The position numbers and the translations under genes are program-made. Below, piece by piece: positions 17,817 through 27,332 of a stretch of 64,000 bases of DNA. Each line of letters starts with the position of its first letter. The first letter of the stretch is position 1. The stretch is from a virus. The notes beneath the pieces are model-generated. The model was not told the DNA's origin, searched no databases, and saw nothing but the letters and a program-made list of their open reading frames with translations. Location of the stretch: IMG/VR virus record IMGVR_UViG_3300050160_000070. One strand, 5' to 3'.

Positions 17817-18404
17817 ATGGAAATGCTGAAGTTTTTGGTTGGTGGCGCTCTCGTCGGCACGATCGGTGTGCCGCTGATCCATGCAATCATCCTCAGCCAA
17901 CAAGTCGCCAAGACAAAGGTGCTGCTGCAAGGCTCTGACCAGATCAAGCTGGACGGCAGCACCGAAGCCCTGAAGATCATCACCGCGCGCACCGCAGAAA
18001 CCGCTTCGAAGCTGCCCACGTGGTTCCTCTTTGCTGGGGCTGCAATCATTGCCAGCGTGATCGCAATCGCAATGATGGAAGAAATCGACAACAACCACGT
18101 CGTCGCCACCGCATACTCCGCCGTCATGGCCTTCCTGCTCGTCCGCGTCTGGACCCCTGCAGGCAACCTCCCCTGGCAAGTGATCACCAACTGCAGTATT
18201 GCTGCCTGGCATTTGCAACATCTGGTCAACCTCAGCATTACCGAAATCGAGAACATGCAACATGAGGTTGAAGCACTCAACGACATCCAGAAGATGATCG
18301 AACTGGTTGAGCGCGCCGCCAAACTCGCTGATCATGTCACACGAGCTCGGCAGCAAATCGCTCAACTGAACACTACCGCACAAGCGACAGCTCGATACTT
18401 GTGA
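17817..18404 (+). CDS. multi-TM membrane protein with C-terminal coiled coil
   Basis: Several hydrophobic segments. Confidence 0.7.
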   Translation: MEMLKFLVGGALVGTIGVPLIHAIILSQQVAKTKVLLQGSDQIKLDGSTEALKIITARTAETASKLPTWFLFAGAAIIASVIAIAMMEEIDNNHVVATAYSAVMAFLLVRVWTPAGNLPWQVITNCSIAAWHLQHLVNLSITEIENMQHEVEALNDIQKMIELVERAAKLADHVTRARQQIAQLNTTAQATARYL

Positions 18405-18627
18405 TCTTGTTGTAGGGGACGACAACAATCGTCTCCTTCTCTCGCAACCACAGCTGGAACTCACCGACCGACTCCGCATCAGCAATGTTCTGCTGAATTG
18501 CAGCAAGAGCTGCAACGGGAGCGGTTGCACTCCATGTCACCTCTCCCGCCCGGACTGTAACTACCAAATGCTTCGCCGGCTCTGTGCATGCCTTATCGAA
18601 GCTCTCAAAGTCCTCAAAGTACCGCAT
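18373..18627 (-). CDS. hypothetical protein
   Basis: Start reassigned to MRYFEDF after GGAG. Confidence 0.6.
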   Translation of the reverse strand: MRYFEDFESFDKACTEPAKHLVVTVRAGEVTWSATAPVAALAAIQQNIADAESVGEFQLWLREKETIVVVPYNKITSIELSLVR

Positions 18628-19078
18628 CGCCACTCTCCCGAACAACAACGGTATTCCAGTTCTGCTCTGTGAACAAGAATACGTAGTGGCACTTCCCCAC
18701 CGAATCAATACATTGATCAATCCACACAGGAAGGTCAGGCGGATACGAAACAACCTCACAGAAGTCAACGTCGTGGAGAACAAACCCGTAAAGGTTCTGG
18801 TCTCCAATCAATCCGTTGCTACTTCCTGGCATGCAATAGAACAAAAGCTCCACTCGGCCAGATCTACCAACAAAGCAACGAGAAGGCAAACGACCTCCGT
18901 GCTGCTCGCTACCGATCTTGACAATACGGACCTTCTGCTCACTTCCTCGCTTAGCAACAACCACCTGACGAACCGACTTGTCATCGGACGTAAACAATTG
19001 CTGCCGACGGATCTCACACTTAGGTAGTTGCTCAACAACTTCTTTGTGTGCTTTCAGCATGCTAACAACTTCACCCAT
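18614..19078 (-). CDS. hypothetical protein
   Basis: Start reassigned to MGEVVS after GAGAGG. Confidence 0.65.
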   Translation of the reverse strand: MGEVVSMLKAHKEVVEQLPKCEIRRQQLFTSDDKSVRQVVVAKRGSEQKVRIVKIGSEQHGGRLPSRCFVGRSGRVELLFYCMPGSSNGLIGDQNLYGFVLHDVDFCEVVSYPPDLPVWIDQCIDSVGKCHYVFLFTEQNWNTVVVRESGDAVL

Positions 19079-19583
19079 AGTACTAACCTCTCTTTTTTGT
19101 TCTTGGTTTATGGTATGTAGGGGTACATCGGAAGATAGGTGCAGGAGGGGGTGCCCTAAGTGATGTACCGGAACCCCCGGATGCGGAGGTAGGCTACCCA
19201 TAGTAGCAAAAACGTGAGGGGAAGACAACTGGACCCGTAGAAAGGGGGACTGCCAAATTGGAGACGATAAGGCAGAGCAGAGGGCAGCGAAGAAGCACCA
19301 ATGTTTACTAGTAGACATACCGGCAGGATGACGGTGTTTCCCCTGCAGAAAGCACAATGTTTACTAGTGGACAAATGCGTAGTAGAGAGCGGCAGGAAGT
19401 GTGGCGAAAACTGCTCGCAGGACAGTGCTGGGGGTCACTGACGGAGGGAGGGCTGAACAACCACTTCCGTATATCCCCAGTAAAACTACCAATTATTATC
19501 ACGAAAAGTGAAAACACAATTGGTAGCCCCCTGCGAGACTACCAATCATGCTATGGTCTGTTCACACTTTTCGTTATGTCACA

Positions 19584-19790
19584 TCAGTATGCATTAGCTG
19601 AGTAGATGTCGACGGTGTGGCGGTTGCTAACAAGCATTGTGCGCACTGTCTTCCACACATTGTCGCATTGTACAGTGAACGTGATGCGGAGGTGATGCTC
19701 TCCTGCAGGATCAATGTAGTAATCGGATGCATTGACAGCCTGTACGTACTGGTTGCTATCGGAGGTAATGAGTACGGTGTAAGTGGTCAT
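19584..19790 (-). CDS. small hypothetical protein
   Basis: 68-aa ORF. Confidence 0.55.
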   Translation of the reverse strand: MTTYTVLITSDSNQYVQAVNASDYYIDPAGEHHLRITFTVQCDNVWKTVRTMLVSNRHTVDIYSANAY

Positions 19791-20115
19791 TTTCGTCTTG
19801 GTTACGTTGGCAGCTCGAGTACCAGACTGTTCCGCTCCGGTATCCTACCATGCAGAATGTGCCTGTACCACAGTCGGACATCAGCTTGCCCGGTTGATCG
19901 CTCATCATAGCGCGAAATCAAAGTTGTCTGCAACGGTTCCAAAAAACGTCAACGGGGGCAAACTAAAATAGTGGGACAATTTTTGCCGCAACCTTCCATT
20001 GTACATCATACGGCCGCTGTTGATCAACGGGGCGAGCTTGCACAGTGGTTCTTGCCCCGTTGACAGTATGTGCGGGCAGACGTATACTGTCTCCAATGTA
20101 TGAAAGGGATGTAAA

Positions 20116-20556
20116 GTGAAGGAGCGACCTCTTGCTGAGCGGATGCAAAACTATGCGGCGGTCGGCGAATGTTGGATGTGGCTGGGAACCGTGGCGAGCA
20201 ACGGCTACGGTAAGATCGGGATTGGTGGCAAGTCTCTATCCGCCCACCGCGTGGCTTATGAACAGACCAACGGTCCAATACCGCGTGGTGCTCTAGTATG
20301 TCATACGTGTGATAACCGAAGGTGCATTAATCCCGCCCACCTATATGCGGGATCCTATCAGACAAACGCTGCAGATAGACAACAGCGCAACCGGCTACCC
20401 CCTGCCAAGGGTCTCCTAAACGGAATGTCCAAACTGACGCCCGAACAGGTGACTGCGATCAGGGCCAGCACCAAATCGTATCAAACCATCGCAGATGAGT
20501 ACGGGGTGCACAAATCCACGATTGGGGCGATCCGAAAAGGAACCACGTGGCGTTGA
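20116..20556 (+). CDS. free-standing HNH homing endonuclease with C-terminal HTH
   Basis: CWMWLG..GYG..AHRVAY..VCHTCDNRRCINPAHL; C-terminal SYQTIADEYGVHKSTI. Confidence 0.9.
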   Translation: MKERPLAERMQNYAAVGECWMWLGTVASNGYGKIGIGGKSLSAHRVAYEQTNGPIPRGALVCHTCDNRRCINPAHLYAGSYQTNAADRQQRNRLPPAKGLLNGMSKLTPEQVTAIRASTKSYQTIADEYGVHKSTIGAIRKGTTWR

Positions 20557-20596
20557 TGGTGCGAGCACACTTTTCGTGATAATAGAAAACGGCGGA

Positions 20597-20749
20597 GCGC
20601 CCTTGCCGTCCACCCCAGCAGTCGGCTTTCGAATCGATGTGTGTATTATCCTGCTGATTATCAGATCCGTCTAGTGGGCGAAGTTAAACAGTCATCCGCT
20701 CTTGCCGTCCACCCCGCTTGCGTTGCTTCGATCCGTTGAGTGTATTATC
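20597..20749 (+). repeat. degenerate direct repeat with 99-bp period (third copy near 36813)
   Basis: CTTGCCGTCCACCCC at 20602 and 20701; GTGTATTATC at 20641 and 20740. Confidence 0.8.
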
Positions 20750-20825
20750 TCGCGTTTTTGTATGTTGTTGCAACTGCACTACGTCTGCTATACTAGACGG
20801 ATCTTAGCTAGAGGAGATTCTCTAT

Positions 20826-21044
20826 ATGAAACGCACTCTGATTTTCAGTCGCCAGTACGAAGTCATCGTCGATTTCCCGGACGGCTGCAGCGACGAGATG
20901 TACGATGCGCTGGCTGATAAGGCTCGCGATCTGGTGATCGACGGCGATCCGAGCATCAATGTCGGTGAGCTGCAGTACGGCGGCGAATCGGAAGAAGATC
21001 CGGGTGAAGACGCTGAGGCAGCGGTGTCGGGAGCTGATCTGTGA
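20826..21044 (+). CDS. acidic small hypothetical protein
   Basis: GAGGAG SD. Confidence 0.75.
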   Translation: MKRTLIFSRQYEVIVDFPDGCSDEMYDALADKARDLVIDGDPSINVGELQYGGESEEDPGEDAEAAVSGADL

Positions 21045-21123
21045 ACAACTCCCTGCTTGTCCTGTTGTTCTCTTCCGGGAATCAGAAGATCATCGACTTC
21101 ATCATCACTTGAAGGAAATCAGC

Positions 21124-21390
21124 GTGAACACCGCTTACACGATCTTCGGCCACGACAGCAACCTGAACCAGGACTTCTGCCTGCACGTTGACATGCCGCG
21201 TGCAACCCAGCAGGAGGTGTGGATGCACGTGCTGCGGCACTGCGGGCACTACAGCGGGCTGAAGGATCTCCGCTTGGAGGACGTCGACAGCGCCAAGGAA
21301 GAACTCGGTGACGACTTGATGGACTACAACATCACCGCCGTCCTCCCCGGGATCCACACGTGCATCTACGCTGAACTGCCGGAAGGGTGA
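21124..21390 (+). CDS. hypothetical protein
   Basis: GTG after AAGGA. Confidence 0.7.
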   Translation: MNTAYTIFGHDSNLNQDFCLHVDMPRATQQEVWMHVLRHCGHYSGLKDLRLEDVDSAKEELGDDLMDYNITAVLPGIHTCIYAELPEG

Positions 21391-21394
21391 GACA

Positions 21395-21598
21395 ATGCTG
21401 AAGAAGGACAGTGAGGCGTGGAGGTTGGCGAAGGCCATCGCCCGCCGCAAGGGCGTCATGTGGCGTCCCGTTTCTGTTCACGGAGACGGTGGTCCGGGTG
21501 ACTTCGTCTACGTGGAGTCGTTGATCACCGGCAATGGTTGGACGAAGACGATCAGTCAACTTCGGGCACTGTTTGCCAACAAGGAGCACAACAGATGA
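21395..21598 (+). CDS. hypothetical protein
   Basis: Operon packing. Confidence 0.65.
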   Translation: MLKKDSEAWRLAKAIARRKGVMWRPVSVHGDGGPGDFVYVESLITGNGWTKTISQLRALFANKEHNR

Positions 21599-21789
21599 TC
21601 AAGCACGAAGACGGCAGCGTGACGCTGACGAAGGACGAAGCATCCATGATGGCGCTGTTCATCGACAACCGCCTGGATGCAATGTGGGATCAGCACACCA
21701 ACATCTACATCACCGACATGCCGCTGGAAGACGGCCGTCGCCGCATGCATCACGGAGCGTACGACCTTCTGCAGGAGCTGCAGAAGTGA
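21595..21789 (+). CDS. hypothetical protein
   Basis: AAGGAG SD. Confidence 0.7.
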   Translation: MIKHEDGSVTLTKDEASMMALFIDNRLDAMWDQHTNIYITDMPLEDGRRRMHHGAYDLLQELQK

Positions 21790-21927
21790 GCTGGCGGTGG
21801 GGTCGGGTCGTCTGCTGTCGCTGCGGCTGGGAAGGACACCTCAGCAAGGACTGCAAGTGGCCGCTGTTGCCTCCTCCGCAGGATCCAGAGGATACTCCGT
21901 CTACCGATTCTGATCAAGGAGATCAAG

Positions 21928-22380
21928 ATGATTGACACGACCAAGCCCGTCACCGTTCAACGCAGCGGCGGCGATGTGATGTCGCAGGGCGACTCGCCAC
22001 TGCAGCTGTTCTCATTCGGCAAGATCCTGCTCGTGCGCGATGATCACGTGATCGTGCTGGTCAGCAGCACCGGCAAGAAGGAGAGGCTGGAGCGCACGTT
22101 CCCTCAGCAGTGGAACGGCGTGACGCTGCACTACGACATGCCGGAAGGACACGACCTGCCGCCGGCTCAAACCGCTGAAGAAGCGGGTGAGAATGCGGCA
22201 GAACCGCCGAAGAAGCGCGGCCGGCAGATGGAAGGCGAGACGAAGATGCAGAAGTGCCGCCGCATCTTCGCTGAAATGAACGGCAAGCCGAAGGCCGACA
22301 TCGTCGCCCGCTTCATCAGCGATGCCGGTTGCACTGCGGGCGGTGCCAACACGTACTACTGCACACTCGTCAAGGAGTGA
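21928..22380 (+). CDS. protein with C-terminal HTH-like repeat-family domain
   Basis: KCRRIFAEMNGKPKADIVARFISDAGCTAGGANTYY. Confidence 0.8.
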   Translation: MIDTTKPVTVQRSGGDVMSQGDSPLQLFSFGKILLVRDDHVIVLVSSTGKKERLERTFPQQWNGVTLHYDMPEGHDLPPAQTAEEAGENAAEPPKKRGRQMEGETKMQKCRRIFAEMNGKPKADIVARFISDAGCTAGGANTYYCTLVKE

Positions 22381-22462
22381 TCGAACGGGGGCGGTGGCTG
22401 CCCCCGTTGCCTTATCGTCCGGTTTGGCAGATGATCTCCTCACCGACTCAAAGGAGATCATC

Positions 22463-23110
22463 ATGATCACTGTCACGGAACGCGCCGCGGTGGCGCTCGG
22501 ATTCTCTTTCGGCAGCCCGCTCGGCGCTGTCCAAATCGTTCGCCAGATCGTCATGGACGATGAGTTCACCAAGGTGCTGGCCGGCCGGGGCGTTGACCTG
22601 ATCAACAAACTGCTCGGCACGTCGATCACGTACGGCGACTTCATCGCGGGCATTGCTCCGAAGCTGCACGCCGACTGGGAGCTGATGGTGGCACAGGCCG
22701 TTGCGGAAGCGGTCGTTCGCGCAGAAGGTGAAGCGGTTGACGAGGTGTTGCTGCTGGAAGCGGCGAAGACCCGCGTGCTGAAGCTGATGAACTCACCGCA
22801 ACACAGCTGGATGTTCGCCAAGCCGGACGTCACCGCCGCATCGGGCGAAGGCGTCAAGGTGATCGAAGACGTCAACGTCACGGTTGAGGTGAAGGCGAAC
22901 GGCAAGCTGAAGAAGGGCGGTGCAGGTGCACTCGCTGAAGAACTCTACCGCGTTCGTGTGCTGAACAGCAACGAGCCGGTGACCAACGGTGCGTTCATTG
23001 ACATGTTGGTCAACGAGGTCGGCATGACCAAGAGCGGCGCCACGACGTACGCCTACAACATCGACAAGAAGCTCGGCCCGAAGCTGGTCAAGAAACAGCG
23101 CGGAGCGTAA
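22463..23110 (+). CDS. protein with C-terminal HTH-like repeat-family domain
   Basis: NGAFIDMLVNEVGMTKSGATTYAYN; AAGGAG SD. Confidence 0.8.
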   Translation: MITVTERAAVALGFSFGSPLGAVQIVRQIVMDDEFTKVLAGRGVDLINKLLGTSITYGDFIAGIAPKLHADWELMVAQAVAEAVVRAEGEAVDEVLLLEAAKTRVLKLMNSPQHSWMFAKPDVTAASGEGVKVIEDVNVTVEVKANGKLKKGGAGALAEELYRVRVLNSNEPVTNGAFIDMLVNEVGMTKSGATTYAYNIDKKLGPKLVKKQRGA

Positions 23111-23179
23111 GCTCTTTGGTGTAGCGGATGTGATACTCCGCTACAATAGGGCCTTCTCAATTCGCAAGAGGTATACACC

Positions 23180-23527
23180 GTGGTTGAAGTTCAGGTCAAA
23201 GGCATCGAAGGTTTTAACATGACCGCGATCACTGTGAACGGGCAGCTGTTCATCCCCGCGGGGCGGCCTGCCAAGCGTCCGGAGGACGGCCCTGCGGTCT
23301 TGAAACTGTACAACATGGCGGTGGGGGATCCGGTTGACCGTTGGCATCCCTACTACAACGACCTGTCGGGCGATAAAATGCGGCGGCGCATTAAGGTGAT
23401 GGGTGACGCCTCTTCCACGCAGCTCACACGTTTCAATGAACTCTGCAAGGAGTACTTCGGCGATCGGTTCATCAAAACCGGCCTGTCGAAGGATGGCGAC
23501 GCGTTCGTTCGTCTGAAGACCTGTTGA
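23180..23527 (+). CDS. hypothetical protein
   Basis: GTG after GAGG. Confidence 0.7.
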   Translation: MVEVQVKGIEGFNMTAITVNGQLFIPAGRPAKRPEDGPAVLKLYNMAVGDPVDRWHPYYNDLSGDKMRRRIKVMGDASSTQLTRFNELCKEYFGDRFIKTGLSKDGDAFVRLKTC

Positions 23528-23597
23528 CAAAACGGTGTGAGGAGATGTACTATCTCCTCACTGATTCACACAACCGCTCACCGAAAGGAGCACACCC

Positions 23598-23806
23598 ATG
23601 TCCAAGTTCTGCGCAAGCCGATCGATCAGCTGGACAAGGCCGCAATCGCCGCCCAAGAGCTCGTCGCCAACGGCCTGCAGGATCGAGGCATCACCGCCGA
23701 CATGCTCGCCGACCTCATGCTGATGGGCGACGACTCGCTCTTCGGCGAACCGGACGGCTGCGACGGCAAGTGCGACACGTGCACCCTGCACGGCACGGTG
23801 CACTGA
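23598..23806 (+). pseudogene. small protein with apparent 1-nt frameshift after codon 4
   Basis: GGAG SD + ATG TCC AAG TTC, but the codon-biased body (LRKPIDQL...) is in another frame; one extra C would restore MSKFLRKP. Confidence 0.6.
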
Positions 23807-23808
23807 TC

Positions 23809-24090
23809 ATGCGCCACCACCCACAAAACGGGTGGTTTTGCTGTAGCGAGTTCATCCGAGCCGCTACGGCAATCCACAAGGCCGCGATGACTGAGCACAC
23901 CCGCTGGCTGGGTGAGCCGGCCTGCAAGTACGTTCAGCTGTACATCGACCAGCGCACCGGCGACTTCATCATCCGTGACATGCGCGGCTCGAAGCTAACG
24001 CATGAGCAGGTGTACGCGATGTTCCCGGAGCTTGAGGCGGATGTGCCGGTCCTGGAGCATTCGGTTGCTGTCGGCTGGACGGAGCCCTGA
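23809..24090 (+). CDS. hypothetical protein
   Basis: ATG 2 nt after previous stop. Confidence 0.7.
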   Translation: MRHHPQNGWFCCSEFIRAATAIHKAAMTEHTRWLGEPACKYVQLYIDQRTGDFIIRDMRGSKLTHEQVYAMFPELEADVPVLEHSVAVGWTEP

Positions 24091-24093
24091 GCG

Positions 24094-24366
24094 ATGGCAT
24101 ACTACCCGTTCCTTGCATTGCACCCGACTGAAGACGGGGTGGCTGTCAGCATCACGAACATCAGCACTGTTAATTGTTTTGATGGTGCTTGGAGCGTCGC
24201 TCCCAACAAGGCACATGCTGAATTCGGTTGGGATTCACCGCTCCACACCAACAAGAGCGGTGGTTACGGCATCAGAAGCTTGAAGAGCATTCACTGCTGT
24301 CAAGTCATTAGCATGCAGATGAGCGAATACATTGAGCTCGTCATGCAACACGCTGGGAAGCGTTGA
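24094..24366 (+). CDS. hypothetical protein
   Basis: Operon packing. Confidence 0.65.
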   Translation: MAYYPFLALHPTEDGVAVSITNISTVNCFDGAWSVAPNKAHAEFGWDSPLHTNKSGGYGIRSLKSIHCCQVISMQMSEYIELVMQHAGKR

Positions 24367-24443
24367 GCGCTGCACACAACTGTGTTGACCCGAACGCTCG
24401 GTTGTGAGATAGTATCCGTACTGTCAACCAACCGAGCACAACC

Positions 24444-25277
24444 ATGCTTGTTACCACTGAAGTCAAGAGCCGAGTCGAAGCGAAACTGAAGGCAGGTATC
24501 GCCCTGGCCGAGGCCAAGTACGGCCAGAAGTTCGCCTACCCGAAGGTCACTTACGACCTGAGCGGCACCACAGCCGGCACTGCCGACTACGTGCACTGGC
24601 ACATCAAGCTGAACGCCGGCCTGCTGATGCGCAACGTCGATACGTTCATCGAGCGCACCGTGCCACACGAACTCGCCCACCTGATCACTGACCGTGTCTA
24701 CCCGGAAGCGCATCGAGGCCGTGGCTTCACCTTGACCTCCCGGGGCTACAAACGCGAAAAGCGCGAAGTTCACGGCCCAAAGTGGCAGTCGGTCTGCTAT
24801 GTGCTCGGCATGACTGACGTCACCCGCTGCCACAGCTACGACACGACCGAGGCGGGCCGCAAGAAAGCCCGCTACGAATGGCAGTGCACCGGCTGCCAGA
24901 AGGTGATCCAGCTCGGCCCGAAGCACAACAAGGCGCAAGAGCTGTACGGCTCCGTTCACCACAAGGGTTGCAGTGGCCACAAGCTGGTCAAGCCGGGCAC
25001 AGCTGCTCCCGCTGCAACCCCGGCTTCGCTGCCGCCTCTGCCGCCTCTGCCGAAGCCGGTTGTTGACCACTGGGTCAACACGCTGCGCCAGGCAACCCCG
25101 GCTCCGGCTGCACCTGTCGCTGCCCCGAAGACGTACGGCTCGAAGCTCGAGCACTGCCGTGCGATCTACGCAGCGAACCGCTCTCAGGGCCGGGCTGCCG
25201 TGATCAAGCTGTTCATCAGCCAAGCGGGTTGCACGCAGGCGGGTGCTTCCACGTACTACCACACCTGCAATAAGTAA
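24444..25277 (+). CDS. sprT: SprT-family zinc metalloprotease fused to C-terminal HTH-like domain
   Basis: TVPHELAHL (HExxH), VHGPKW, RCHSY, YEWQCTGC; Pro/Ala linker; SKLEHCRAIY...AGCTQAGASTYY. Confidence 0.85.
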   Translation: MLVTTEVKSRVEAKLKAGIALAEAKYGQKFAYPKVTYDLSGTTAGTADYVHWHIKLNAGLLMRNVDTFIERTVPHELAHLITDRVYPEAHRGRGFTLTSRGYKREKREVHGPKWQSVCYVLGMTDVTRCHSYDTTEAGRKKARYEWQCTGCQKVIQLGPKHNKAQELYGSVHHKGCSGHKLVKPGTAAPAATPASLPPLPPLPKPVVDHWVNTLRQATPAPAAPVAAPKTYGSKLEHCRAIYAANRSQGRAAVIKLFISQAGCTQAGASTYYHTCNK

Positions 25278-25352
25278 TCTGCCCCGTTGAGTGTACGGTG
25301 GAGTGATGGGATAGTCACTCCACCATAACAACTGCATCACAAGGAGATGCCA

Positions 25353-25853
25353 ATGTTGAGCAAGAAACAACGCATCCTGACCATGCTGCGCCAGATCGGC
25401 ACAGACGTCAAGCGCGAGGTCTGTACGATCAACCACGGCGGCTGCTGTGTGTATGCAGCAGAGATTGCACGATCGCTGGAATCGATCAAGGGCGTCTCGG
25501 TTGAAGTTGTGGCTGGTGGTGATGCGTGCTTGACGGATTTGCGCCACCAGTTCGGCACGCTGCAAATCCCGATGCGGGAACTGGAACGCAACGGGGTGTC
25601 GTTCTGGCACGTTGGTGTGCGGTTCAAGTACCGGAACCAGCTGTTCACGCACGACACAGATGCCACCATCATCGGCGGTGACGTTGTTGGTGATGACCTG
25701 CGGTTCCAACCGCTGAACAGTGGTTTCACCGTCGCTGAAGCCCAGCACCTGGCCACTCACGGCAACTGGAACGATACGTTCAATCGCAAGCACATTCCGA
25801 AGATGGCCAAGATCATCAAGAAGCATTTCGCTCAGTTTCACGCTGTTGCCTGA
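25353..25853 (+). CDS. hypothetical protein
   Basis: AAGGAG SD. Confidence 0.75.
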   Translation: MLSKKQRILTMLRQIGTDVKREVCTINHGGCCVYAAEIARSLESIKGVSVEVVAGGDACLTDLRHQFGTLQIPMRELERNGVSFWHVGVRFKYRNQLFTHDTDATIIGGDVVGDDLRFQPLNSGFTVAEAQHLATHGNWNDTFNRKHIPKMAKIIKKHFAQFHAVA

Positions 25854-25905
25854 TCGCTAAGCATCAGAGATAGTCTCTACATCAACAAACAACGGAGTAC
25901 GCAAA

Positions 25906-26055
25906 GTGTCCGACGATCTGACCCGCACTCAACGCCAGCAACCGGCCAAGAGGACCCGCCAAGCTGATCGCTTCGACAGCAAGGCCCGCCGTGCTGCCCG
26001 CAACGAGCGCCAGCGCGCGCTGGAGCACGTGCGCATCCGCGAAGCCCAGGAGTAA
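25906..26055 (+). CDS. 49-aa Arg-rich peptide
   Basis: GTG after CGGAG; follows TTGCCT-17-GATAGT promoter. Confidence 0.6.
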   Translation: MSDDLTRTQRQQPAKRTRQADRFDSKARRAARNERQRALEHVRIREAQE

Positions 26056-26301
26056 GGCGCCCGCTGTTGACATGAACGCGAGTTCATAAGATAGTGAGCA
26101 CACTGAACAACGAGAGGAATTTGATAGTGCTGAGCTGACAGGGCTACGATGCAACAAGTGCCCGCCTAAAAGTTGCCCTCGGTAATCTGAGACTGGATTA
26201 TTAGAGGTTGCCCACGCAAAAGTGGCCCGGTTGACCGGACTCACGAAAAAGGGTAAAGTCTACCAAGACGAATCAGATCAACGAAGTGCAAGGAGCACCG
26301 A

Positions 26302-26493
26302 ATGTCCCGAAACAACAAGACCGTCCGCAACCTGGCGATCGCCAAGAAGTTCAGCGAACTGCGCAAGAACGGCGGCGGCGGCCCGGCCAAGACCCAGCCG
26401 CAACACGGCAAGAAGAGCGCCTGGTGGCAGAAGTTCCCCAGCTACGCCGCCTACCTGGCCGGCGCCAAGCGTGCCGCCAAGCAGGACTCCTGA
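26302..26493 (+). CDS. small basic protein
   Basis: AAGGAG SD; Lys-rich 63 aa. Confidence 0.75.
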   Translation: MSRNNKTVRNLAIAKKFSELRKNGGGGPAKTQPQHGKKSAWWQKFPSYAAYLAGAKRAAKQDS

Positions 26494-26652
26494 GTCCCGT
26501 TGACGTCATCGAGTCTTTGTGTTTCACTTGATGGCTGAAATCGCCCAGTTGACGTAACGTCAGAGATCAACGATAGTTACGTCACTGGTTAAGCAAACAC
26601 GAACGCAACCAGTAGTTTTTCAAACCTCAACTCTCCCGAAAGGAGCTGCACC

Positions 26653-27321
26653 ATGTCCAAGACCACCAACGCCTCGATCCTGTCCACCGCCGTCGCTGCC
26701 GCCATGGGCGCCATCGTGATCCAGAAGCAGGGCGAAGTCGAAACCCGCTACAAGGTCGCCGGTTTCGCCGAAGACCGCAACGGCACCATGAAGGACGCCA
26801 GCAAGTCGGCCTACGTCGTGCTGAAGGGCGAATCCGACGAAGCGATCGTCATCAACGTCCACCCGACCGCCGCCCAACGCCTGCTGAAGCGTGGCACCGA
26901 CGGCGGCGAGCTGTCCCTGGCCGTCCTGCCGGAGAAGAAGGCCAAGGTCGAAAAGGCCCGCACCCCGCGCTCCGAGTCGAAGAAGGCCAAGGCCCTGAAG
27001 CTGGTGCTGACCGGGCAGCAGGTCGACGGCTGGTCGCGCAAGGCGATCCTCGAGAAGATGCAGGCTGACCTGGGCATCTCGGCCTCGTGCGCCAACACCT
27101 ACTACCAGAACATCAATTCGGGCAAGTGGGCGATGACCGAAGAAGAGATGACCGCCGCTGGCATCGCCTTCGAAGCCGACGCCGCCGCCGACGCGGGCAC
27201 CGACGAACAGGCCGCTGCCGCCGAAGGCGATGCCAGCGCCGAAGGTCAACCGGCCGCTGAGGCCAACGACGAGCCGGCCGCCGTTGCTCCGAGCGCCGAC
27301 CAGGCTCCGAGCGCCGAGTAA
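26653..27321 (+). CDS. HTH-like repeat-family protein, paralog of 43246-43794, acidic tail
   Basis: GTMKDASKSAYVVL..VHPTAAQRLLKRG and SKKAKAL..LGISASCANTYYQN. Confidence 0.85.
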   Translation: MSKTTNASILSTAVAAAMGAIVIQKQGEVETRYKVAGFAEDRNGTMKDASKSAYVVLKGESDEAIVINVHPTAAQRLLKRGTDGGELSLAVLPEKKAKVEKARTPRSESKKAKALKLVLTGQQVDGWSRKAILEKMQADLGISASCANTYYQNINSGKWAMTEEEMTAAGIAFEADAAADAGTDEQAAAAEGDASAEGQPAAEANDEPAAVAPSADQAPSAE

Positions 27322-27332
27322 TTCGGCCCAGC

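Larger units (their letters stand above)
19494..20584. repeat. 17-bp perfect inverted repeat about 1.06 kb apart flanking the HNH gene
   Basis: TATTATCACGAAAAGTG (19494-19510) and its reverse complement (20568-20584); partial third copy 19565-19574. Confidence 0.8.
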
